Positions 1-7,819 of a DNA stretch of 64,000 bases are shown one piece after another (the first letter of the stretch is position 1; each line of letters opens with the position of its first letter). The stretch lies in assembly GCA_963785785.1 (NCBI GenBank), contig CAWAWI010000006.1, positions 76,204-140,203 of the forward strand, in the 5' to 3' direction. The notes under the pieces were generated by a model that worked only from the letters and a program-made list of their open reading frames with translations, searched no databases and was not told the origin of the DNA. Origin of the DNA: an uncultured Solirubrobacterales bacterium (GTDB taxonomy: Bacteria > Actinomycetota > Thermoleophilia > Solirubrobacterales > Solirubrobacteraceae). Made by a program: the position numbers and the translations under genes.

Positions 1-804
1 TTGGTGAGCGACGTCGCCCAGCCGGCGGTCTCGCGGGTGATCGGCAGCTTCATGGGCATCCCCGAGGAGGACGACGCGATCTGGGCGAGGCTCATGAACT
101 CGACCCTCGGGGCAGCCGACCCCGACCTGAACCCCGACGGCTTCGAAGGGGCCATCGAGAAAGACCTGCCCGAAATCTTCGACCGCTGCCAGGCGCTCAT
201 TGCCGCGCGCCGCGAGAGCCCCACGGAGGACCTCACGAGCGTGCTCGTCCACTCCGAGGTGGACGGCCAGAAACTCGAGGAACACGAGATCGTGATGGGC
301 TTCTTTCTGCTCGTCGCCGCCGGCAACGACTCCACGAAGGCCACCTTCTGTAGCGGCATGAGGGCGTTGATGGAAGATCGCGAGCAGATGCAGATGCTGC
401 TCGAGGACCCCTCGCTGATCCCCGACGCCGTCGAGGAGTCGCTGCGGATGTTCCCCGCGTTCGCCCACTTCAGGCGGACCGCCACCTGTGACACCGAGCT
501 CCACGGCCAGAAGATCCGCGAGGGGGACAAGGTGGTCATGTGGTACGTCTCCTCCAACCGCGACGAGACCCGCTACGAGGACCCCGACCGCTTCGACCTG
601 CGTCGCAAAGCCGAGCACCAGGCCTTCGGAGCCGGGGGCCGGCACTTCTGCCTGGGCACCGCCCTGGCGCGACTGGAGCTGAGGATCATGCTGGAGGAGA
701 CCCTCAGGCGCTATCCCTCGATCGAGCTCGCGGGGTCTCCCAAGGCGGTCGAATCGCTCTTCATCAACCAGCTCAAGACGCTGCCGGTGCGTCTCTCGCC
801 CTAG
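1..804 (+). CDS. Cytochrome P450 (CYP124/125/142-like), 5'-truncated by window edge
   Basis: I-helix AGNDST, K-helix EESLR (ExxR), heme motif FGAGGRHFCLG. Confidence 0.92.
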   Translation: MVSDVAQPAVSRVIGSFMGIPEEDDAIWARLMNSTLGAADPDLNPDGFEGAIEKDLPEIFDRCQALIAARRESPTEDLTSVLVHSEVDGQKLEEHEIVMGFFLLVAAGNDSTKATFCSGMRALMEDREQMQMLLEDPSLIPDAVEESLRMFPAFAHFRRTATCDTELHGQKIREGDKVVMWYVSSNRDETRYEDPDRFDLRRKAEHQAFGAGGRHFCLGTALARLELRIMLEETLRRYPSIELAGSPKAVESLFINQLKTLPVRLSP

Positions 805-818
805 CCTGGGGGAGCGGA

Positions 819-1235
819 ATGCCAGACGTGAACGAGTTCAACCGCTCGGTAATCGAGGAGTTCCGCGCCAACGGCGGCAAGGTGGGAGGGCCGTTCGAGG
901 GGGCGCCCGTGCTCCTTCTGACCACGATCGGGGCCAAGAGCGGCGAGCGACGGACGACTCCTGTTATGTACCTCCCGGACGCCGATCGAATGGTCGTGTT
1001 CGCCTCCAAGGCGGGGGCGCCGACCAATCCCGCCTGGTATCACAACCTCGTGGCCGACCCACGGGCGACGGTCGAGGTGGGCACGGAGACCGTGGACGTC
1101 GACGCCGTCGTAACCGAGGGGCAGGAGCGGGAGCGTCTGTACAACCGCCAGGCCGACCTATACCCGCAGTTCGGGGAGTACGCGCGCAAGACCACGCGAC
1201 AGATCCCCGTGGTCGCGCTCCAGCGAAGGAGCTGA
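819..1235 (+). CDS. Nitroreductase-family deazaflavin (F420)-dependent oxidoreductase (DDN/FDOR-A)
   Basis: ATG 819 after GGAG; FNRSVIEEFRANGG, LLLTTIGAKSGERRTTP, ASKAGAPTNPAWYHNL, RQIPVVAL. Confidence 0.9.
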   Translation: MPDVNEFNRSVIEEFRANGGKVGGPFEGAPVLLLTTIGAKSGERRTTPVMYLPDADRMVVFASKAGAPTNPAWYHNLVADPRATVEVGTETVDVDAVVTEGQERERLYNRQADLYPQFGEYARKTTRQIPVVALQRRS

Positions 1236-1256
1236 TCCCGCCGGCGCCCTGGTGGC

Positions 1257-1326
1257 GCCCTCCGCCTCAGGGGAGCCCTCCGCCTCGGGGGCGCCCTCCG
1301 CCCCGGGGACGCCCTCCCGCCCCGAG
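1257..1326. repeat. ~18-bp imperfect tandem repeat x4 (GCCCTCCGCCTCGGGGG-like)
   Basis: Units start at 1257, 1275, 1293, 1311; intergenic. Confidence 0.8.
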
Positions 1327-1361
1327 ATATGGTGGTCGGGTCAGCGAGATCGAGAAGGCCG

Positions 1362-2048
1362 ATGTACGTCAATCCCCACTTTGTCGAGCGTGAGCTTGAG
1401 GTCCTGCACGAGACGATCGAAGCAGTTCGCTTCGGCGTGCTCGTCCTCTGTGCCGACGGGCCCCTGGCGGCCCACGTGCCGTTCGTGCTCCATCGCGAGG
1501 AGGGCCGATACGGGACTCTTGTTGCGCACGTCGCCCGCAACGACCCGCTCGCCAGGCACCTCGGGAACGGGCGGGAAGCGCTCGCCATCTTCAGCGGCCC
1601 CCGGGCCTACATCTCGCCGCGGTGGTGTCCGAACGGAGGCCTGCCGACATACAACCTCACGGCTGTCCATGCCGCCGGCCACCCCCGACCGCTCGAGGAT
1701 CGCGAGAGGGTGCTGGAGCATCTCGGGGAGCTCGTGGACGTCCATGAGAAGTCCTCTCCGAGCCCGTGGTCGCTCCGGTCGGCGTCGGCCGGGTACGTGG
1801 CCGACCTGCTTCCCCACATCTCCGCGTTCACCCTCGAGATCGAGTCGATCCAGGGCAAGCGAAAGCTCAGCCAGAATCGCGCGGTCGAGGATCGCGAGGG
1901 CATGATCCGCGGCTTGCGCGAGCGCGGGTCAGAGGACGATCTCGCGATCGCCGACGCGATGGACGTTTACCGGTATCCGTCGGATCGAGCTGAGTCTCTG
2001 GTGGCGCCCCGTGAGCCGGCGGGGGATGACCCGGCCGGGGCTCGATGA
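1362..2048 (+). CDS. FMN-binding negative transcriptional regulator (PaiB family)
   Basis: MYVNPHF start, AHVARNDP, GPRAYISPRW, LPTYN, GKRKLSQNR. Confidence 0.85.
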   Translation: MYVNPHFVERELEVLHETIEAVRFGVLVLCADGPLAAHVPFVLHREEGRYGTLVAHVARNDPLARHLGNGREALAIFSGPRAYISPRWCPNGGLPTYNLTAVHAAGHPRPLEDRERVLEHLGELVDVHEKSSPSPWSLRSASAGYVADLLPHISAFTLEIESIQGKRKLSQNRAVEDREGMIRGLRERGSEDDLAIADAMDVYRYPSDRAESLVAPREPAGDDPAGAR

Positions 2049-2079
2049 CAGATCGGGTGACGGGTGTGGCCTGCTCGGC

Positions 2080-2793
2080 TCAGTCGGCGAGGAGTTCGTT
2101 GTCTCCTTTGATTCCCGCCCGAAGCAGGACGATGCTCGCTGCGAGGATCCAGGCGAATAGTGTCGCGGGAATCGCGATGATCACTCCTCCCTCGAGCGAG
2201 AAGAATCCACTCGTGATCACAAGCGAAGCCAAAAGCACGAGGTGCGCCACAGCGGCCACGACGGCAACCCATGCGGTCCAGTCAGGGAGGTGGATGTCGC
2301 GGAACACTTGCGCCGCGTATGAGCCGAGCGCCAGTGCGGTGGGAGCTCCGGACATCGCGAGCAGACCGAACGCGAGGTCGTAGAGCAGCCGGGGATCGGA
2401 CACATCGCCCGCGCGATAGACCAGGACGAAGAAGGACGTGAAGCCGGCGAGAAGGAGCGTGACGAAGCTGACGAGCCCGACCAGGAAGCACACCGAGAGA
2501 AGGCTAACCTTGCCAGTCGTCTCCCGCAGCCACTGCCAGGCGCCGACGCCGAAGATGAGCCACAGCCACACCGCAGCCGTCGAGAGGATCATGGCGATGA
2601 GCAACGCTGACCGATGCGTACCGACGTAGGCCGCAATCTCGCCCGCCGTCGCGCCGGTCCCGGGAAACGTCCGCATTTCATCGACGATCGAGCCTGCGAT
2701 CCCAAGCGCGATGCTCACCACGCCGGCAAGGCCGGCAAGCGTGATCGGCTTGTACGTGGCGCTCTTGGCCCGCCCGCGTGTTGTGATCGCCAT
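2080..2793 (-). CDS. Hypothetical multi-pass membrane protein
   Basis: ATG 2793 preceded by GGAGG; about 6 hydrophobic segments. Confidence 0.7.
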   Translation of the reverse strand: MAITTRGRAKSATYKPITLAGLAGVVSIALGIAGSIVDEMRTFPGTGATAGEIAAYVGTHRSALLIAMILSTAAVWLWLIFGVGAWQWLRETTGKVSLLSVCFLVGLVSFVTLLLAGFTSFFVLVYRAGDVSDPRLLYDLAFGLLAMSGAPTALALGSYAAQVFRDIHLPDWTAWVAVVAAVAHLVLLASLVITSGFFSLEGGVIIAIPATLFAWILAASIVLLRAGIKGDNELLAD

Positions 2794-2855
2794 GTGTCGT
2801 GCCTCCGTTTCGATTGGGACGACCACATGCTTCCAGGGAAAGATCGCGTTGTCGA

Positions 2856-3665
2856 TTACCTGCGAAGTAAGTTCCGCAGAGCCTCGGCGGTCGCTGCGTC
2901 CGCGGGGAACGTCAACTCGATCGAAAGCTCGGAGGTCGTCACCTCCACCGCGGTGCCGAACGTCGCGACGGTGGCAAAGAACGACAGCTCGACACCACCT
3001 GGCCCACGCATCCGCATCAACGGCGTGAGAATCTGTCCGGCGGCCGCCTCGGAGGCTGGATCGTGCTCGTACTCTGGCGCCGGGTAGCCCTCCACCTCCT
3101 CCAGCAACGCCGCGAGATCCGGGTCCCCAGTGATCGCGACCTGACGTCGGAGTCGTCCCACGAAATACGCTCGCACCTCCCCCAGGTTGACGGTCCACCG
3201 GGCCAACCCCTGGGGATGCAGGCCGGCCCGCATCACGTTGACAGGCGTCTTGAGCAACGCCGAGTCAACCCAGTCGCCGATCGCCGCCATCGCAGAGTTC
3301 GCCGCGACCATGTTCCAGTGGCGGTCCACAACGACCGCCGGATAGGGCTCATGGCCGGTGAGAATCAGATCGAGCGCCTCGCGAACGGGCGCCAGCATGG
3401 GGTCCTGAAGCGAGCGCTCGGGGAACGCAGGGGCATGGCCGGCAGCGAGGAGCATCTGGTTGCGCTCCCGGAACGGGACATCGAGATGGTCGGCAAGCAG
3501 CAGAACCATCTCTGGACTCGGCGTCGAGCGACCGGTCTCGACAAAGCTCAAATGCCGGGCCGAGATCCCCGCGTCGAGCGCCAGCTCGAGTTGGGTGCGC
3601 CGCCGCCGGTTGCGCCACTCCCGCAACAACGGCCCGACCCGTGACTGGGAGCTCATGGTCGCCAT
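2856..3665 (-). CDS. XRE-family HTH regulator with MmyB-like ligand-binding domain
   Basis: LLREWRNRRRRTQLELALDAGISARHLSFVETGRS; HEPYPAVVVDRHWN; TFGTAVEVTTSELSIE; start 3665 or 3656. Confidence 0.88.
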   Translation of the reverse strand: MATMSSQSRVGPLLREWRNRRRRTQLELALDAGISARHLSFVETGRSTPSPEMVLLLADHLDVPFRERNQMLLAAGHAPAFPERSLQDPMLAPVREALDLILTGHEPYPAVVVDRHWNMVAANSAMAAIGDWVDSALLKTPVNVMRAGLHPQGLARWTVNLGEVRAYFVGRLRRQVAITGDPDLAALLEEVEGYPAPEYEHDPASEAAAGQILTPLMRMRGPGGVELSFFATVATFGTAVEVTTSELSIELTFPADAATAEALRNLLRR

Positions 3666-3746
3666 CTCGCGGTAGCCGACTCTAACTGTCACGTCACGCC
3701 GCGCTTGGATGGCAGGCGATGGCGGGTGTCGGCACGATCGACGGCG

Positions 3747-4094
3747 CTACGCTACGAGTGGCTCCTGAGCCAGCCCGAATGGGGTTCCCTCGGAGTCCTT
3801 GCACACCGCCCAGCGCTCCCCGGGGTGGACTACGCTTCCGCCGAGCGCCTGCACCCTCTCCAGCGCCTCGCCGATGTCGCTCACCGCGAAGTAGGGCAGT
3901 GCAAACGAGTCCCCGGGTCCGCGTCCGCGCGCGTGAACACCGACCGCCGAGCCGTCCGGGTGGGTCTGCCACCCCTGTCCCTCTCCCTCCTCGCGTGGTT
4001 GCAGCTCAACTCCCAGAAGCCCCCCCCAAAAGCGCCTGGCGCGCTCGGGATCGTCTGCGGGGAACTCGATCGAGGACAGCGAGGAGTGCGGCAC
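3747..4094 (-). CDS. VOC/glyoxalase family protein
   Basis: IEFPADDPERARRFW, PYFAVSDI, GGSVV, DSEGTPFGL; GTG 4094 with -10-like TATCGT 7 nt upstream. Confidence 0.8.
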   Translation of the reverse strand: MPHSSLSSIEFPADDPERARRFWGGLLGVELQPREEGEGQGWQTHPDGSAVGVHARGRGPGDSFALPYFAVSDIGEALERVQALGGSVVHPGERWAVCKDSEGTPFGLAQEPLVA

Positions 4095-4218
4095 CGCTCG
4101 CACGATAGCTTGAGGACGAGCCTCAGCAGCCTGACCTCCACGACTCAAGTTCAACCGGCTGGACGACCGATTAGTTTCGTACAGTTTGGCTCAACCGATC
4201 GATGGACAGGACCCCCAA

Positions 4219-4290
4219 TGGGCGCGGCGGGTTTCGAACCTGCGACCTCTCGCGTGTGAAGCGAGCGCTCTCCCACTGAGCTACGCGCCC
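4219..4290 (-). tRNA. tRNA-Val(CAC)
   Basis: Reverse complement GGGCGCGTAGCTCAGTGGGAGAGCGCTCGCTTCACACGCGAGAGGTCGCAGGTTCGAAACCCGCCGCGCCCA; anticodon arm CTCGC-TTCACAC-GCGAG; CCA not encoded. Confidence 0.95.
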
Positions 4291-4306
4291 TGGAGAGCCG
4301 ATTCTA

Positions 4307-5059
4307 TTAGGACCCGAGCCGAACCCCCACGTGGGGGTGGAGTCGGGTGGCGGCTTCGGAGTAGGCGTCCGCGAGGGCGGTCACTTCGGCGGAGGTCAGC
4401 GACGATCCGAACACGGCTTCCCCTCCCAGGTTGTGGTAACCCTTTTCGAGCCTTTTGCCGATCTGGGCGAGGTCGAAGTGGCCGTCGTAGACGCTCTCGA
4501 TATACAGGCCCACGTTTTCTCGCGCGAACTTCTCCCCCTCGAGCGTTAGGGCGGCATTGGCGGTCGAGCTGCCCCCGCCGGTGGTCGTGGTTGTGGTGGG
4601 GCCGGTGGTCGGGCCGGAGGCTCTCGAACCGGCATGTTCGGCGGCTTCGATCTCGTCCACCGTCGCGCCGGTCAGCTGCCAGCCCCGGGTGGCGAGCCCG
4701 CGGTAGGTTCTGAACAAGCCTGAGATGGCGGCCGCTTGGCCGGTGAGGGAATTGGTCTGATCCTTTCCAAGGAGCGCAGGCGCCTTGATTCGGTCTGCGC
4801 TTTCGGAGGCTTCCGTGACCGGTCCTCGCAGGCTCCGGGGCGAGCCCGCGGGGAGCCCGTTGGCGACGAGCGGCCAGGCTCGCTTGGTTGCTTCCACCTC
4901 CCGGGTCGCCTGGGGCTCGACACTCTTCAGGGCCCGTGCCACGGCGACCAGGTCTTCGCGCTCGAGCCTCAACTCGGCGGGAGTGGCCTTCGAGCCCCCA
5001 CAGCTCATCAGCGCGCCGGCGCAGGCGCTCAGCAGGAGCGCCAGCGCCAGGACGCGCAC
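4307..5059 (-). CDS. Hypothetical lipoprotein
   Basis: N-terminal hydrophobic signal with lipobox-like LSAC / LMSC; Thr-rich linker. Confidence 0.65.
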   Translation of the reverse strand: MRVLALALLLSACAGALMSCGGSKATPAELRLEREDLVAVARALKSVEPQATREVEATKRAWPLVANGLPAGSPRSLRGPVTEASESADRIKAPALLGKDQTNSLTGQAAAISGLFRTYRGLATRGWQLTGATVDEIEAAEHAGSRASGPTTGPTTTTTTGGGSSTANAALTLEGEKFARENVGLYIESVYDGHFDLAQIGKRLEKGYHNLGGEAVFGSSLTSAEVTALADAYSEAATRLHPHVGVRLGS

Positions 5060-5088
5060 GGGCTTGCCGACGATCAGCTCCGAGACGC

Positions 5089-5691
5089 CTACGTGCCGAG
5101 CAGGTCGACCACGAAGATGAGGGGCGCGTTCGGCGGGATCGCCGGGGGCGAGCCTTTCGCGCCGTAAGCGAGATTGGCGGGGATGATCAGTTCCCGCCTT
5201 CCCCCGACCTTCATACCGACCACTCCCTGTTCCCAGCCGGGGATCACCTGACCCTTGCCCAGGGTGAACTGGAACGGTTCTTTCCGTTTCCAGGACGCAT
5301 CGAACACCTTGCCGTTGCTGTAGAGGGCCCCGACGTAGTTGACCGACACCGGGACCCCGTTCTTGGCTTCCGAGCCCGTTCCCGTGATGATTTCCTTGGT
5401 CGCGAGCTTGGTTGGCGGGGGGCCGCTTGGCGTCGCGATTTTCGGTTCTTTGGAGAGGGGCCCGCTGGTGGGTGTCGTGGCGGTCGTGCTCGTGGGCGTG
5501 GAGCTCGTAGGCGCGCTGGCGTTGGCCAGCGATTCGTCGGCCTTGTTCTCGTTGCCGACGGTGATCGTGCTGGAGCTGCCGCTCGAGCCGCAGCCTGCGA
5601 TCAGGACGGCCGCGCAGAGTGCGGCGAGCCCGACGCCGAGTTGGGGGCGAGCGCGTTGAAGCCGGGAAGGGACATCTCTGAAGTTGGTCAC
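5089..5691 (-). CDS. FKBP-type peptidyl-prolyl isomerase, lipoprotein
   Basis: Lipobox IAGC; VNYVG, FDASW, GQVIPGWEQGVVGMKVGGRRELIIP, LAYG, IPPNAPLIFVVDL; start uncertain. Confidence 0.9.
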   Translation of the reverse strand: MTNFRDVPSRLQRARPQLGVGLAALCAAVLIAGCGSSGSSSTITVGNENKADESLANASAPTSSTPTSTTATTPTSGPLSKEPKIATPSGPPPTKLATKEIITGTGSEAKNGVPVSVNYVGALYSNGKVFDASWKRKEPFQFTLGKGQVIPGWEQGVVGMKVGGRRELIIPANLAYGAKGSPPAIPPNAPLIFVVDLLGT

Positions 5692-5806
5692 GGCCGGGCA
5701 GCCTAACGCAAGTGACGGACTCTGTGTGCAGTCGCTCTCGAAGCTCGGTCCAGCTCTTGCAGGCGGCCGTCCCCGGGGCCGGCCAGTTGCCCGGTAGGAT
5801 CTTCGG

Positions 5807-6083
5807 TGGACCGTGCTAGGCGGGGATGTAGCGGCGCCCTGAATCCGCAATCCGCTCAAGCGGGGCTGAACTCCCCTTCAAGGGGTTTTCGTCCCGGTCG
5901 CCCCTCCGCTTGGGGTGTCGATGGCTCGGGCCCCGCGCGGTGTCGGCTCGCGAACCAGGTCAGGTCCGGAAGGAAGCAGCCTTAAGCGAACACCGGCAGG
6001 CGCAGCGGGAGCTCCCGGACCGGAGTCTCAGGCGGCGATCAGGCGGTCGGTGTGCGGAGCCTCGACGAGGGGTGCACGGTCCA
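5807..6083 (+). ncRNA. ffs: Bacterial large SRP RNA (with Alu domain)
   Basis: 5' TGGACCGTGCTAGGCGGGGATGTAGCGGCGCCCTG..GCAATCCGC resembles Bacillus scRNA; helix 8 motif CAGGTCCGGAAGGAAGCAGC; 3' GCACGGTCCA pairs with 5' end; -10 TAGGAT at 5795-5800; next to dnaX. Confidence 0.92.
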
Positions 6084-6130
6084 TACTCGCCGTGGGACAT
6101 CGCTGCGGGACGTCGTCCCCTGCGTGGACG

Positions 6131-7687
6131 TTACGAGCAGCGCCTGAAGATGAGCCACGAGCGGTTGGTGGCGGACTCGACGAAGCCGGGGGGGACGCTC
6201 ACCGGGAGATGGGGGTCGTGGGGGTCGAGGACGTAGTCGTCTTCCACTTCCATACTCGCCGGGTCCACGTAAGTGCCGTCGGCGATCTGATGGACCTGGG
6301 CGCTCACCACGTTGACGGGGCTGGTCTTCAGGTAGAGCGAGAGGAGCGGGATGGGAGCGTGGTTGGGCACCCCCACGAGCCCACATTCCAGGCCGATCGC
6401 GCGACTGTGAACGAGGGCCACGAGGTCTCCTTCGATGGACTCCTGCCTGGCCAGTTTGTCCAGTTCGGTGTGCGCCCCTTTGTACTGGCTGGGCGAGTAA
6501 ACCACGAGGGCCAGGAGCACCACGAGCCCTCCCGCCATCCACCAGCGCCGCCGGGGATCCTCTCGCGAAAGGAGCGTCCAGCCGAACACGCCGACCCCGC
6601 AGAAGACACACAGGATGGCGGCGGCCGGGAAGGCGTACCGGGTGTTGATCGGCAGCCCCACGGTCGCGAAGGCGGCGAACACGAGGACCGCGAACACCCC
6701 CACGATCGCCGCCGTTCGGGCGCGCTCCCGCAGCCACATCAGCGAGAGCACCCCTCCGAGGGCCGCCCCGACCAGGACGGGCGGGCGCAGGATCTCCCCG
6801 ATCCGTCTGGGTATGTACTCGGGGACGTTCCCGATGCCCGTGTACCGGTCGAGGATCTCGGCGGTGTGACGGGTGTTCGTCAACGACCACAGGGGCTGGC
6901 CGGTGATCGCGAGATCGCTGAGGATCCACACGAGCGGCGCCGAGGCGGCGAGCAGGGTCAACCGGACGACCTCCGATCGCGACCGCCCCGAATGCCAGGT
7001 CAGTCCGCCGGAGCTCCCCCGGCTCCAGGCCAGACGCCAGCCTGGACGCCAGCCCCGTAGATCGCGCCGGCGATCATCTTCGGGGCGCTCCAGGCGAGGG
7101 ATCAGGTCGAGCAGGTACAGCCAGTAGAGCCCCGAGAACGCCCAGGCCTCGGGCCGCAGGAGGCCCGCGAGGGCGAGCAGCGCGAGGACCGGCGCACCCG
7201 CCCGGGGCCGGCGGCTCTCCACGAGCACCGCCGAGAGGACGAGGAGCAGGTAGGGGATGTCGATATACGCGCGCACTCCGTAGGAGAGCACCGGCACACG
7301 GGTCACGAACAGCAGCCCCGCGAGCGCCCCCGCGGGGCGCCCGAACCAGCGCGAGCCGAGCGCGTAGATCACCCATCCGCACGCCGAGAGCGCCAGGAAG
7401 GCCAGGACGACCGTCACTTTGAGAACTCCCCCGGGGCCGAGGGGCGAGAGGACCACCCCGAGCGCCTCCACGAGCGGGTGGGGGGTGGGGGCGATCGGCA
7501 CTCCGTACGCGGGTGTGCTCCCCCGCGACAGCTGCCCTCCCCAGACGAGGGCGTAGAGGGTGTCGTAGTTGACGAACCCCACCCCCGCGACCACACGCAG
7601 GACAGCCGCCCCCGCCACGATCGCGGCGGGGGGGCCGAGACGTTTGCTCCAGACGTTCACGACCGCGGACGGTATCCGCTCGGACAC
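6131..7687 (-). CDS. Large multi-pass membrane protein, possibly GT-C-fold glycosyltransferase
   Basis: About 11 hydrophobic segments; NYD after first TM; LLRPEAW motif; soluble C-terminal domain. Confidence 0.55.
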   Translation of the reverse strand: MSERIPSAVVNVWSKRLGPPAAIVAGAAVLRVVAGVGFVNYDTLYALVWGGQLSRGSTPAYGVPIAPTPHPLVEALGVVLSPLGPGGVLKVTVVLAFLALSACGWVIYALGSRWFGRPAGALAGLLFVTRVPVLSYGVRAYIDIPYLLLVLSAVLVESRRPRAGAPVLALLALAGLLRPEAWAFSGLYWLYLLDLIPRLERPEDDRRRDLRGWRPGWRLAWSRGSSGGLTWHSGRSRSEVVRLTLLAASAPLVWILSDLAITGQPLWSLTNTRHTAEILDRYTGIGNVPEYIPRRIGEILRPPVLVGAALGGVLSLMWLRERARTAAIVGVFAVLVFAAFATVGLPINTRYAFPAAAILCVFCGVGVFGWTLLSREDPRRRWWMAGGLVVLLALVVYSPSQYKGAHTELDKLARQESIEGDLVALVHSRAIGLECGLVGVPNHAPIPLLSLYLKTSPVNVVSAQVHQIADGTYVDPASMEVEDDYVLDPHDPHLPVSVPPGFVESATNRSWLIFRRCS

Positions 7688-7819
7688 CCCTGTCGCGCGG
7701 GCCCCACGTGCGCGCGGGGGGCGCCCGTTTGGGACTGCCTACGCCGTCCTGCCCCGGCCCGGCCCCGGCGGGCCGGCGGTCTGGCCCCGGGCGAGCACGC
7801 GGGTAGACTCAGCAGGGCG

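Noticed and set aside
5807-5900. tRNA-Sec or another tRNA
   Set aside because: There is no T-loop or cloverleaf; the sequence fits the Alu domain of the large SRP RNA.
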